A DNA stretch of 63,079 nt, filler included, from Octopus bimaculoides (GCF_001194135.2; 4 parts of 3 records of this genome joined end to end with filler, not necessarily neighbours in it); one strand, 5' to 3'. Counted from the whole stretch's first letter, positions 1 through 13,044 are shown. A program made the numbers and translations. Notes: generated from the letters alone by a model not told the origin.

Positions 1-35
<35 letters not shown>

Positions 36-37
<2 letters not shown>

Positions 38-255
38 GTATGTGTGTGTCTTTGTGTCTTAGTTGTCCCCCATCACCGCTTGACAATTGGTGTTAGTGTG
101 TTTATATCCCCGTAACCTAGTGGTTCAGCAAATGAGACCGATAGAATAAGCACTAGGCTTAAGAAATAAGTCCTGGGGTCAATTTGTTTGCCTAAAACCC
201 TTCAAGGTGGTGCTCCTGCATGGCCACAGTCAAATGACTGAAACAAGTAAAAGAA
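36..255 (+). mobile_element. SINE family A, 3' half
   Basis: ...CTTGACAA..GGTGTT..GATAGAATAAG..CTGGGGTC..GACTGAAACAAGTAAAAG tail shared with the full copies at 3155 and 18401. Confidence 0.85.
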
Positions 256-401
256 CAGTAATACATTTCAAAATGGAAATAAAACAATATATACCACCTC
301 TGCATATTACTAGTCACTTATATTTGGATGGTGCTGTGATAAGAAGTTACCCATGTCAAGCTAAAACTAAATTACTTCATCTGGATAATCCACATAGGCT
401 C

Positions 402-995
402 GGTTATGGCCTTGTGGTAAGAAGCTGCTTCCAAACTTCACAGTTCTGGTTTCAGTCCCATTGTATGGCACCTTGGACAAGTGTCTTCTACTCTAGCCTC
501 AGGCTGACCAAAGCCTTGTGAGTGGATTTGATAGACAGAAACCGAAAGAAGCCCATCACATATATATATATATAATCATCATCATTGTTTAACATCCACC
601 TTCCATGCTGGTATGGGTTGGATGGTTTGACTGAGGGCTGGCAAAGCCAGAACGCTGTACCAGGCTCCAATCCGATCTGGCAAGGTTTTTACAGCTGGAT
701 GCCCTTCCTAACACCAACCACTCTGAGAGTGTAGTGGGCACTTCTTATGTGCTATGTATATATATATATGTGTGTGTCTTTGTGTCTGTGTTTGTCCCCC
801 CCCCCATCACCACTTGACAACTGGTGCTGGTGTCTTTATGTTCTCATAATCTAGCGGTTCATCAAAATGGCCTATAGAATATGTACAAGGCTTAAAAAAT
901 AAGTCTTGAGGTCAGTTGTTTGACTAAAATCCTCCAAAGCAGTGCTCCAGCATGGCTGTCATGAAATGACTGAAACAAATAAAAGAATAAAAGAA
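402..995 (+). mobile_element. SINE family A interrupted by an RTE 3'-end insertion
   Basis: tRNA-like head (GGCCTTGTGG...GGTTTCAGTCC) and CCTTGGACAAGT body at 402-557, internal (TA)n, tail at ~765-995. Confidence 0.8.
575..752 (-). mobile_element. RTE-clade LINE 3' terminus
   Basis: (ATC)n tail plus GGATGCCCTTCCTAACACCAACCAC, the same 3'UTR that follows RTE ORF2 fragments elsewhere in the window. Confidence 0.75.
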
Positions 996-1292
996 TTCAT
1001 TAAAAACGGTGGGCACGTTGAATTGTAGCAAGGCATTGGAAATGTTTCAGCAAAAGGGAAAATGTGAAAGTTAAAAATTAAATTTGGAGAAGCAGTTTTA
1101 TAACTTTAGTAACTTAGATGTCAAATGTAGGCAGATCAATGTACTGATGTTGTTGTTGTTGTTGTTGTTCCTCTTGTCCTCCTTCAACAAATGTGGTCTA
1201 TCCAAGACTATCATTTCATTCATTTTTAGATAGGGAATAATGTTTTCTAGTTCTCCTTTATATATGCATATATGGATGTGTACTCACATGCA

Positions 1293-1333
<41 letters not shown>

Positions 1334-1350
1334 TCACAAACATATATATT

Positions 1351-1968
1351 ATCATCATCATCATCATTCATTTAATATCTGTTGTCCATGTCAGCATGAG
1401 TCAGATGGTTTGACCAGAGCTGGTGGTGATGGGGGGCTGCACTAGACTCCAGTTTGATTTAGCATGCTCTCTACAGCTAGATGCCCTTCCTAAACACCAA
1501 CCACTTAACAGAGTATGCTGGGTGGCACTGCACAGGTGTTTTTACATGTCACTGCAGGGACGCATTTGCATGACACTGCATGGGCACTTTTACATGTCAC
1601 CACAAGGGCGCTTTTATGTGGCAATGCCATGAGTGCTTTACACCACGAAGGATCAATCTTATCACTTCTGCTGCAGAGTACAGGTCTTCTTGAGTATGGT
1701 AAGGCACAAGGCATCTCAGTCCGTTGTCATCTCACCTGAAAGGTTCAGCATCTTGAGGTCGTTCTTCACTACTTCATCCCATGTCTTCCAGGGTCTCCCA
1801 CTTCCACATCCACTCTGAGAGATCAGCACTTTTTTATAACACTGTCAGCATCCATCTGCATCATATGACCAAACCAGCACGGTCTTCTCTCTTGCACATA
1901 GCAACCAATTCCTCTTATGCCTAACTTCTCTCTCAGAACATTAGCACTCTGTTGAACATGTACACTTA
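1351..1968 (-). mobile_element. 5'-truncated RTE LINE (degenerate ORF2 C-terminus plus 3'UTR)
   Basis: LREKLGIRGIGCYVQERRPCWFGHMMQMD...KKC, then the RTE 3'UTR and (GAT)n tail. Confidence 0.85.
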
Positions 1969-2044
1969 CATTACGCATCCCCATTATAAACACACACACA
2001 TATATATGCATGCCTGGAAGCTGGACGTTAGATGATGATGATCC

Positions 2045-2458
2045 CGTCAGAGTGTAAGTATCTTGAGAGAAAAGCTGAACATAAGAAGCATCAGTTGTGG
2101 TGTGCAAGAGAGACGATTGCGCTGGTATGGACATGTGGTGAGAATGGATGAGGATAGCTGCGTGAAAAAGTGCCACACCCTAACAGTTGAGGGAACCCAT
2201 GGAAGAGGTAGGCCCAGGAAGACCTGGGCTGAGGTGGTGAGGCAAGACCTTCGAACATTGGGCCTCACCGAGGCGATGACTACTGACCAAGACCTTTGGA
2301 AATGTGCTGTGCGTGAGAAGACCCGGCAAGCCAAATGAGACCAAGTGAGATCGTTGCCAGTGCCCCTGGACTGGCCTTGTGCGAGTGGCACATAAGATGC
2401 ACCATTTTGAGCGTGGCCATTGCCAGTACCGCCTGAATGGCCGATGATGATGATGATA
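2045..2458 (+). mobile_element. 5'-truncated RTE LINE (ORF2 C-terminus plus partial 3'UTR)
   Basis: LREKLNIRSISCGVQERRLRWYGHVVRM...GRGRPRKTW motif typical of RTE ORF2 ends; (GAT)n tail at ~2444-2457. Confidence 0.9.
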
Positions 2459-3118
2459 TTCACAAACAATTTGATACATAGTAGACTTAGACATGTTAAT
2501 ACTGTAAAAAAAAAAACATGTTGACAGACAGAATTCTTTTGTTGAGGGCTAACCTTAAGTAAACAACTACAAAGGAAAACTATTTATACATTGATCTCTC
2601 TACTTCTTCATGTCTAAGTTGCAAAGATAATAAAACAAATTCAATGCAAATTGAAATTGCAAAACTTGTCAACTGCATGTCAAATCAAAAAGCATAAAAT
2701 GGAAGTTAATAAAATTATCACGCACATGTAAATGTGAGTGTGTCTATAATACATATATATATATATGTGTGTGTATGCATGTCCATACATAATAATATCA
2801 AGTATTTGATGAATGTATTTCCTCTCTACAAACAAGTAAAATTCATGTTATTGTGTATATGGGGTGGGATTGCCATTAACCACATGAAATACTTGTCTTT
2901 TTTGCTTTGTATTTTCTTTTGCACTCCAGTGACATTGTGCTGTGAATGGTTGTAGAAAAATCTGGTTTCATTATGACTTGAAAGCTTGGCACAGGACATA
3001 AAATCAATTCTTGTAGTATTTCCTCTCGTCGGTTTTTTGAGATGGGTACCAGTGATCACTTCATGCTTTTACATATATGTGTGTGAAATATTTACACACA
3101 CACACATATATATACATG

Positions 3119-3154
<36 letters not shown>

Positions 3155-3155
<1 letters not shown>

Positions 3156-3559
3156 CGCAGGAGTGGCTGTGTGGTAAGTAGCTTGCTTACCAACCACATG
3201 GTTCTGGGTTCAGTCCCACTGTGTGACACCTTGGGCAAGTATCTTCTACTATAGCCTCGGGCCGACCAATGCCTTGTGAGTGGATTTGGTAGGCGGAAAC
3301 TGAAAGAAGCCCGCCGTATATATGTATATATATATATATATGTATGTGTGTGTATATGTTAGTGTGTTTGTGTTTGTCCCCCCAACATCGTTTGACAACC
3401 GATGCTGGTGTGTTTACGTCCCCATGATTTAGCGGTTCAGCAAAAGAGACAGATAGAATAAGTACTAGGCTTCCAAAGAATAAGTCCTGGGGTCGATTTG
3501 CCCAACTAAAGGCGGTGCTCCAGCATGGCCACAGTCAAATGACTGAAACAAGTAAAAGA

Positions 3560-3560
<1 letters not shown>
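3155..3560 (+). mobile_element. Full-length tRNA-derived SINE family A (octopus OK/OR-type)
   Basis: GCGCAGGAGTGGCTGTGTGG A-box, GGTTCAGTCC B-box, CCTTGGGCAAGT body, internal (TA)n/(TG)n, tail ending GACTGAAACAAGTAAAAGAG. Confidence 0.9.
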
Positions 3561-3614
<54 letters not shown>

Positions 3615-4134
3615 CACACACACACACACGTATACATGTATGTATACAGATATAAACACATTATACATAAAAACATACATATTACACACATACACATACA
3701 CACACACATATACACACACACACAAACAAACATCCGTATGTCTGTCCATCCACACATACATTCTTTCATTATTTAGATAGTAAAAGATACAGATGTTCCA
3801 TCAAACCCTGAGTATCAATGCCTGGAACTTACAATGGAGCCCCCCCAAAAAAAAATAAAGAAAGAACAGCTAGATCTAATGACTTATCTATATCAATTAG
3901 AACTCTTCAGGCCATGTATGCATGAGTGCATCAATATGGGAAGCATCTAGTTGCAAAATACTATTATTTCCTGACCTTTTTTTCATTCTAAAGGATAAAA
4001 AATTAATAAATTATAGATAAATAAAAGTAAATCAATGTATTGCAAAGATGTTTTAGATACAGGAACTCTCTGCAACACACACACACACACACACACACAC
4101 AGAAGCTGCATTTTAATGACTGAAACCAGGAGAA

Positions 4135-4174
<40 letters not shown>

Positions 4175-4239
4175 AGTGTTTCATTAGGTTAAGTTAAGCT
4201 ATAGTGTGCCTTGAGTATACATTCTACTTAGGCTGAAGT

Positions 4240-4445
4240 TTATTCCAGTTTCTGAAACATGTAAGCAACTGAGAGTTCAAATTGATGGCATGCCAGTTTG
4301 TCTCATTTTCATCTGAATAGACTGGAACAATGTGAAATAAGTCCATTGCTCAAAGATACGATGTGCCACCTTGTCTGTTGATAGAACCCATATGATCTTG
4401 CAATCAAGAGTATAACACCTTAACCACAGGGCCACATGCCTTCAC
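4240..4445 (-). mobile_element. Degenerate tRNA-derived SINE family C
   Basis: Similar to 58770-59030 (GACTGGA.CAA.GTGAAAT..AGT...TTGCTCAA...TAACCAC). Confidence 0.6.
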
Positions 4446-5480
4446 AGTATTGCGTTGGAAATCACAGCCCTCTGTTAGATTTTAGGAGCTAAATAGAAGT
4501 TATTCTAGTGTCTCCTCTCTTCAATATTTTTAAGAGGACTATGTTTTCAGCAATGTCCCAACAACCCAATTGGTTTGCAGTGCATTTCTTGTAGCTATTT
4601 TGAAGGATAACTCCAGTGTTTATGTTTGTCATTATACTAGTTTGTGAAATGATTTGAGAGTTACATTTTATCAAAATTTTTCTATTACTCATGGGATTAA
4701 TTAAACCTGTCATGTCTCAGCCAGGGTGCTTAAATAAACTTGTTTTATTTTGCTTCAATATAATAGCTTCATACGTTGCTTCATTTACACTCTAATTTTA
4801 GTCACTTCAAATATCTGTTCTGTAAATCACCTTAATTATTTGTGCTGTTTAGGTCAGTCAGTTACAAATGACAGTGAATCCAGACAATTCTTAGTCAACA
4901 TTATTCACAATAATTTGTAAATTTTCATTATAAACTACTCTGATTTTCTTCCTTTTTATTTATTTATTTTGGTATTCATTAGTTTTTAATCATGTTTGTT
5001 TTTCTCCTTAAAATATCACTTATAAAAGACATGTTGGAGGTATGGGATGTGGCTAAAATGTTATATCAAGGTTTTTTACTGACAGGAAACCCACTGTATT
5101 ACAATGCGAGTAAAAGTGCTTAAACTTTAAAAAAAAGTTATTAATTTGACACTGAATATTTAGCTTCTGTTAAATATTTCTTGTGTAATATGTCATTGGT
5201 ACACTGTCCTCATATTTCAAAGACAAAATTTCATAAAGCACTGATTAAACAGCATTGATAATAATGGTATTTCAAATCAGCTTCTCTCCTGGGAAAATAT
5301 CATCAATTATACATTGCCCATGCGGTTACTTAACAGCTGTACACTGTCAGATGGCTAACATAGCAACTTACTGACTGAAGTGCACTAAATTAGCTTAATT
5401 CCAGAAATATAGCATACTGGTAAGAAGACAGAACTTGATGGAAATAAAATAACTCAACTGTCTATAACTAACATGAAGAA

Positions 5481-6018
5481 ATATGTCATAATGTCACCTA
5501 ATATTTTTAGACCATATGTCATAATGTTACCTAATATTTGTTAGACCATATGGCATAATGTTACCTAATATTTTTAGACCATATGTCATATTGTTACCTA
5601 ATATTTTTAGACCATATGTCATAATGTTACCTAATATTTTTGACCATATGTCATAATTTTACCTAATATTTTTTAGACCATATCTCATAATGTTACCTAA
5701 TATTTTTAGACCATATGTCATAATGTTACCTAATATTTTTAGACCATATGTTATAATGTTACCTAATATTTTTAGACCATATGCCATAATGTTACCTAAT
5801 ATTTTTTAGACCATATGTCATACTGTTACCTAATATTTTAGGCCATATGTCATAATGTTACCTAATATTTTTTAGACCATATGACATAATGTTACCTAAT
5901 ATTTTTTAGACCATGTGTCATAATGTTACCTAATATTTTTTAGACCATATGTCATAATGTTACCTAATATTTTAAGACCATATGTCATAATGTTACCTAA
6001 TATTTTTTAGACCATATG
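5481..6018. repeat. Minisatellite, ~33-bp unit x16
   Basis: Consensus ATATGTCATAATGTTACCTAATATTTTTAGACC, head-to-tail with no spacers; variation is mostly T-run length plus single substitutions. Confidence 0.97.
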
Positions 6019-7509
6019 GGTCTGTAAAGACAGTATTCAACTTAAGCTTCTGTAATTTTAAGCAGATGAAGGTTAAACTTTGTCCAAGACAGGAATCTGA
6101 ACTACTGCAGTGAGCATGTATTGTGTAGCCTCTGGTTATTCCTGATGAAGTACATTTGATCAAAGGAATTTCAGCTTTAATTATGCTGTCTTTTCTTTAG
6201 GATTACATTATCCAATGTATCCCTTTTTAAAATAGGATGTGACTTGAGAGAGATTTAGTTACTACTCCAGTAAATCATGTGACCATATATAGGTTGTTGT
6301 TGTTGTTGGTAGTGATAGTGGTGGTGCGTTGTAGTTCATTTTGAAGGGACAGATGCTTTGAGTCAAATCAACTTGAAATCTGAAAACAGATTCTATTCAG
6401 AACATGGTTCTGTGTCAGCTGTCAGAAATTCTCTGCCGTTGAAACCACCATATAGAAGCTACCCCATTGACTCCTAATTCCACATTAGTTCAAGCTGTTT
6501 ACAGGTAGCTTTTTTTTTTTCTTTGCATGCAGTGAATTGAATTTGTGAACAGCAAATCAATATTCTACACTACTACTACATCTGAATTATAATCACTTAT
6601 GGTGCTTAGTCAGTGCTAGGTAGACTCAACCACTAAGCAGTAAGTGACTCCATATCAGATATAATACAACAATGGTGATGTGTCTCAAACTGCTCAGGCT
6701 ATTGACTATCAGCTGTGATCTAAAATGTACCTACTGCACTACCATTTATTTAATTTCTGTTGTTGTTGTTGTTAAGTGATATGTTTTCTACTATTGTTTA
6801 TTTCCTTTACATTGTCACTGTTATTGCTCTTGCAGCTGCTCCTGTTGTTGTTTTCGTTTTTGTTTCTTCACTTGCAAGTCTTCCTTGGACTACGCAGATC
6901 TATGATTTAAAGCATTCCAATCATGAGCAACCCATCCTTCTTGCAGCTTTTGTGTCTTTATAACTATGCTATCCAATGTGTCTCTTGTTTTTTCAAAAGG
7001 AGTAGGATGTAATTTGAGCATGAATTATCTATTGTAACAGTTGGTGTTGTTGTTGTTGTTGTTGTTAGCCACAGTTCTGCCCTGCTTGGAAAGATCTCTG
7101 TTCAAAAGTGTTCCACCTGTAAACTTCCATCTTTTTGTATACTTTGGACTACCTTGTCCAATATGATCTTCATTTTTCAAGATGGTAGTTCTTTAGTTTG
7201 TTTTAGCCATCACGGCCAAAGCCATGCTGGAGATGGAGCACCAGAGTACAAATATAGCAGATCAAACTACCATGTAGAGGTTCCATTGTTGACACGTGAA
7301 CCACATGTATACCAGCCTAGGGACCCAGAAAGTAAGTTGGAGACGGAAAAAAAAAAAGAACTTAAGATCTTTTGGAACTTTGCTTGTTTGTTTTTGTTGT
7401 GATTGTTCTTTTTTTTCTGCTTAACTGATACGAGCAATATTTTAATGGTATCTCTTTATGGATTATCCCAATGATCAGATTAATAAGATGCTGCAATACT
7501 ATTTTCAGA

Positions 7510-7620
7510 TGTTGAGCTAAGGGAGAAGTCGATAGCATTGGGCCCCAGTACTTGATGGGTACTTTGTCTTGTTTATCCCAAAAGGATGAAAAGCAAAGTT
7601 GACCTCGGTGAGACCTTGAG
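7510..7620 (-). mobile_element. SINE family D fragment
   Basis: Reverse complement of GAGGTCAACTTTGCTTTTCATCCTTTT...AAGTACC..GTACTGGGG..ATGCTATCGACT, as in 17269-17478. Confidence 0.6.
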
Positions 7621-7929
7621 AAATAAAGATCCAGAAGAAATGCCACTAAACGTTTTGCCTGATGCACTAACAATTCTGTTGGTTCAACACTTTTGGGTCG
7701 GTCAAAATTAATACCTATATAGTTCTGGGGCCAATATAATTGATTTTGTCTCTTTCTCCAAATCTGTATCCTTGTATGCATGTTAGAAATCCTAATTAAT
7801 GGAATCTCTATTGGCTTTGATGCTGAGCATTCCAGTTGTTTGATCAACTGAACTGCATACTCAAGGTATTACAGTGTGAGAGATAGAGTATTCCACATAT
7901 ATTTGTACTCTCAGTGCAATCATTAGGCA

Positions 7930-8088
7930 GCTTAGCGTAACTTACCACTTCTGCAAAAGAGGCCGATAGAATAAGTACCTGGCTTAAAAAGAATAAGTGC
8001 TGAGGTCAATTCGATCAACTAAAGTTCTTCAAAACAGTGCAACAGAATGGCAGCATTCTAATGACTGAAACAAGTAAAAGATGAAAGA
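7930..8088 (+). mobile_element. SINE family A tail, degenerate
   Basis: GCAAAAGAGGCCGATAGAATAAGTACC...GACTGAAACAAGTAAAAGATGAAAGA. Confidence 0.7.
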
Positions 8089-9462
8089 TTTCTCGATGAA
8101 TGTGTGATGTTTTCCAGTCAGTGGTTTCTTTTCAGTAAGCCTCTACTTCCTGTGTCCTTACAATGTGTGTGTGTGTGTTTGTAAATCTCCATCCCTCCAT
8201 TCTCTCTCTCTCTGATAGCTTTGAGGCATAATGATAATAGTGAACTGTTTTTCTTCTCTTTTTCTTTTGTTTTTTTTTATTCTCTTTGTTTACATTCTAC
8301 ACAGCCAGAATAGGCCAGAATACTCTGGTATTTCCCCCACACCTCTAAAGCAATTATCTGCTATTTTTCCTATCACTCCTCAGCCATCACATTTGTAATC
8401 TCTCAAACCTGTCTGCTTTTAAAATGTCACCTGCTAAGTTAGTGTTCAGGCCAACATAGCTTATTAATTACAGCATTCCTACTATTAAAACAACATTACC
8501 TGCTAAAGGTGAGAAAGGAGTTTATTGTTAAAAGTATTCTGTCTGTATTTAGAAAAAAACCTTCCTCATTTTGCTGGTGTTGGATCTCTTCAAGTATTTA
8601 TAAGCAGGAATGTGTGTGTATACATGTGTGTACACACTCATACATACATAATTATATGTGGCATTGGTGAACTTGTACAGGTAATGTCAATTTGGTAGAG
8701 GGTGTGAGCTTATTGAACACAAACATTTGATCACTATATATCATTTGTGTGATTGTTCAACAAGAAATTGCTCATAGCCTCATACATCGTCTAACAATGG
8801 GAGAGTCCATGATATATAAATAAATACCGGCATACCTTGGCTCAAGTTGTTTTGATTTAAGTTGTTCTCGATTATACTTCAGTTTTCAAAACTTATATAT
8901 GGAAAAATAAAAATCAAGTGAAGTTATTTTTACTCAACTTTACGGCTGTCCACCACAAATATTGGAATCATAAAATCACTAGAAAACCGTTAAAAGCACA
9001 TAAAATACATACAGTAAATGTTAAGATTCACACCATAAAGTAGTGTAGCTTAGTGAACGAAATCATGAAATGAGCTGTGTTGTCTTATTTAGGTATGTAC
9101 TGGTAAATTTAAAATAATTTAGTTTTTTTTACTATTGCAAAATAATAAAAATAACTGAATTTGTTTTTTAAGCTTTAAAATAGCCTTTATTTTATCATGT
9201 CTTATTGCAAACCACATTCATAAAGTGTCTGCAATGTACGGTAAATACCGTCAAATTGTATTTGTAAATTTAGATTACTTTAACTGTACTGTATTAAAAA
9301 AATAATAATTTGCTTGTAAGCTAAAAATAGGTTTTTATTAACCATGTACAGAACTGGGAATGGTTATTATCGGTTTAGTCTAGAGACAAGATAATTCGAC
9401 TTAAGTCATGTCTCCTGGAACCAATTAACAACGTAGGGTAAGGTATACCTGTATATATATAC

Positions 9463-9810
9463 GTCGTCGTCGTTTAACGTCCACTTTCCATGCTAGCATG
9501 GGTTGGACGATTTGACTGAGGACTGGTGAAACCAGATGGCTACACCAGGCTCCAATCTGATTTGGCAGAGTTTCTACAGCTGGATGCCCTTCCTAACGCC
9601 AACCACTCAGAGAGTGTAGTGGGTGCTTTTACGTGTCACCCGCACGAAGGCCAGTCAGGCGGTACTGGCAACGGCCACGCTCATCTCGCTCGAAAAACCT
9701 CATGTGTCACCCGCACAAGAGCCAGTTCAGGGGCACTGGCAACGATCTCGCTCGAAAGATTTCATGTGTGGCCCGCACATGAGCCAGTCCAGGGGCACTG
9801 GCAACGATCC
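9463..9810 (-). mobile_element. RTE LINE 3'UTR, runs into a gap
   Basis: (CGT)n tail, CAGCTGGATGCCCTTCCTAACGCCAACCAC, and three ~60-bp GCCAGT..GG.ACTGGCAACG subrepeats. Confidence 0.85.
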
Positions 9811-9910
9811 NNNNNNNNNNNNNNNNNNNNNNNNNNNNNNNNNNNNNNNNNNNNTTAATTAATTAANNNNNNNNNNNNNNNNNNNNNNNNNNNNNNNNNN
9901 NNNNNNNNNN
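9811..9910. other. Artificial scaffold join (44N-TTAATTAATTAA-44N)
   Basis: Identical 100-bp format recurs at 31576-31675 and 57651-57750; the 12-mer contains stop codons in all six frames. Confidence 0.95.
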
Positions 9911-10932
9911 ATAAGCAAGAACATATAGTGAACGTGCATAAAAATTTAGATTGCGCATATATGCGTATACAAAAATGTATATAGCATCACGTATATAGAT
10001 ACATATGCTGATATGTACGCAAATAGTTACGATCATAACCTTGTACATGCGCATGTACACATACAAGTATATGTGAGTGTGAACCTGATCGCACATACGC
10101 ACACATAATAATATAGATGCATGTATGTATAAATAAACACAAGCATATGCCCTTACCGTGTAAATATATACATATATATATATATATACATATATTTATA
10201 TTTATATATATATATACTGTTATACTACTAATTTTGCTAACTACCTGTATATCTTCTTTTTCTCTACCAACTTCCTGCATGTATATGTTCTGTCATATTG
10301 TCAACTTCCTGAAATAACTTGTGATATTGAACCAACTTCCTGTATATTTACAGCTGCAAAATAGTATATATTTCTTATCCAGCAATTTCTACAAAACTAT
10401 TTCCTGTACATTTATTCCTACACTATCATATTTCTGTATATTCACTGGCTTCTCCATGTTTTTTTATGACTTTAGTGATTCAATTAAAAAAACTTATTAC
10501 TAATATACATATTCCCTACAACACTGTATTCTGGTTCACATATCGTGGTTCTTGTTTTGGTCGTTGTTATCATTTAACCTTATGACGTACCTGGCAAAAT
10601 GAAGTACCAGTTAAATACTGGAATTGATGTTATTGACTAACACCCTCTCCTTAAAAATTTCAGGCCTTGTGCTTAAATCAGAAATCATTAAAGATGAATA
10701 CATCGCACTGATAACACGAGATAAGACACAATATTGACTGGTAAACCTTTGATATACTTTGTAGTAGATCATGATATCAAAACGAAATATGTCCTTGCCA
10801 GCAATTAATATGTACGTATCAGTTGCCAAGAATGTGTTTAATATGTAAATCGTTCTATCCAATCATATTACACGGTTAAACTTAGGGGGTATTGAAGCTA
10901 TGTGTTCTTGGATAATTGGTGGGTTGGATGTA

Positions 10933-10975
10933 GTGCTGATGAAAGAGCAATATCTCTTGAAATATGCATATACAC
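10933..10975 (+). ncRNA. Minimal type-I hammerhead ribozyme motif with intact core (Penelope-type)
   Basis: GTG-CTGATGA-AAGAG caatat CTCTT-GAAA-TATGCATAT-A-CAC: stem I GTG/CAC, 5-bp stem II, palindromic stem III ATATGCATAT, AUA cleavage triplet. Confidence 0.65.
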
Positions 10976-11074
10976 CCATTAAATAATATTTTTTCTATCT
11001 TCGATGGCATTGTTTACATAAACGTATTCGTTTACGAAATGTCGTAGCTTGCAGTGCTGCCTCTGAATTCTATA

Positions 11075-11120
<46 letters not shown>

Positions 11121-12048
11121 CCAGCTCTGACTATCGCCTCGTTTTTATTGCCAAAAACTAAATTATCTAATGTATATTTCTTAATTTGAGACGGTAGGGT
11201 GTGATTTGGCTGTTATTTCTGGCAGATCGATGATTGTGTAGAGGCAACATGGGGAACACGCTGTGATGGCGGCGGTGGTGGCGGTAATGGTGGCAGAATA
11301 AGAAAATGTACACGTTTTTTTACGTTATGAACAAATGCTGCAAAACATTTTGTTCACTTATACTATCCAAGTACTGGTGATCTCAGTACTTGACTTGTAC
11401 TTTATTTATTAGCCCCTAAATGATAATAGGCAAGATTGATCGCAGAAGGATTTGAAGCAAATACCGCAAAATATATTTAGTCCCATATTCTAGCGACACT
11501 GCTAAATGGCTCCAGAAATTAGCCGAACTTAACTTTCTTCAACCTGACTTGGAAGTATAAAAGGCGAAGATGTTCTCGACGAGATGTAAACTTATTACGG
11601 AAAAAGCCAGAAATATTACCGCAGAGCATTTTGTTCAGTGATCTAATGATACTACCATTCGACAGTTGTATATAGTGATTCTATTATTTGGTGGCTAGTT
11701 TAATGTTGATTTCTAGCATAAACACAAAGCTGCAAACTTAGTGAATGTGCTTAATTGATAAAAAATCAACCCCAGTATATGACCTTGAATATAAGAATAG
11801 TTATGATGACATGATGATGATAATGGTAATTAATATTAATAATGTGACAATTAGATAAAGCTGGTAACTATTAGTTAGTAAATCGTGAGATCATATCCTA
11901 TTTTGACGTCTAAGTGTTTTCCAAGTATAACATTTCCGTTTACATGTCCGAGCGCATTTTCAATCTGGGAAAATTTACTTGCGCGCCAGTTTTCTTGCAA
12001 AATTGTTTATAGCAAATTATCAATCTTACCAAGGTAGTTATTTCTCTG

Positions 12049-12175
12049 GTACTTCGTCGGTTACGACAACGAGCATTGCAGCAATTAATCCGATCAGCAG
12101 AACAACCTAGTCGTAAAATTAACGCGCAAGTACCTGAATACTCTTCAGTTATGCCTACTCTTAACGTGTTTCTTA
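12049..12175 (-). mobile_element. Interspersed repeat family E, 3' end
   Basis: GGTACTTCGTCGGTTACGACAACGAG is the reverse complement of CTCGTCGTCGTAACCGACGGAGTACC at ~26288-26313. Confidence 0.55.
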
Positions 12176-12189
12176 GGGGGAGATTCAAC

Positions 12190-12377
12190 GTGATATAGAA
12201 TGTGACAAGACTGGCTATTTGAATTTCAGGTACAACTCATTTTTCGCCATCTGAGTGAACTGGAGTAATGTGAAATAAAGTGTCTTGCTCAACGACACCA
12301 CGTGCAGCCAGGATTCGAACTCACAGCTTCACAATCGTGAGCCGAATATCCTTAACCACTAAGCCACACACCTTCAC
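12190..12377 (-). mobile_element. tRNA-derived SINE family C
   Basis: Reverse strand has A-box GTGGCTTAGTGG and B-box GAGTTCGAATCC followed by GAGCAAGACACTTTATTTCAC. Confidence 0.8.
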
Positions 12378-13044
12378 AGTTAACTCAGTCGTTCCCTTAA
12401 CTCTACAGATTACAAGAATCAGCGAAAAGGCTTGCAATTCTTCGTAACTCCTCTAAATACTTTCTCTTTATGTGTAAGAAATCACTATTTTACGGACTAT
12501 TTTTCTCTTTTATTTTTTTTTTTATTTTGCTACATATTCTACAAAATTGTAAATTGAGGTACATGTTTAGTAGTGACGGCAGGAAGTTTGTCTCACAACC
12601 ATGTAGTTCCGAGTTCGATCGCATTATACACCAACTTAGGTAATAGTCTATTACAGTAGTTTCAAGCTGATTTATATCTTGGAAGTTTGAGAGTAAATTT
12701 GGGGAACTAGAAACTGTACGGACGCCGGAGTAAAGAACATATGTCATCGACGAAATCACGAGTGGCGACGAAAAGATTTTGAGAAAACTTAGCTGATTGT
12801 TGATCATTTAACTAGTTAGATATTAACTAATTGACTAATAACAATAAAAGAAGTTAAATAGGACCAATAGGTAAGTTTATTAGTGGCATAATGACTTTCC
12901 CGAGATACAACAAAATCTGGTTCAACACATGAATTAGCATTAAAAATCATGCAAACCATGTACAAAAACGAAATGTGTGGGGAGTGGAGGGCATATGCGT
13001 GTCTTTATCTTTTATCTTTTACTTGTTTCAGTCAGTAGACTGCA

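Noticed and set aside
2734-3769. Short ORFs rich in YI/CV/HT dipeptides here and throughout the window
   Set aside because: Translations of (TA)n, (TG)n and (CA)n microsatellites.
5481-6018. CRISPR-like array
   Set aside because: Units are directly adjacent with no unique spacers, the context is eukaryotic, and there are no cas genes.
10611-10862. 83-aa minus-strand ORF as a gene
   Set aside because: No recognisable domain, TTG start with a stop immediately upstream, and it is antisense to a probable Penelope remnant.
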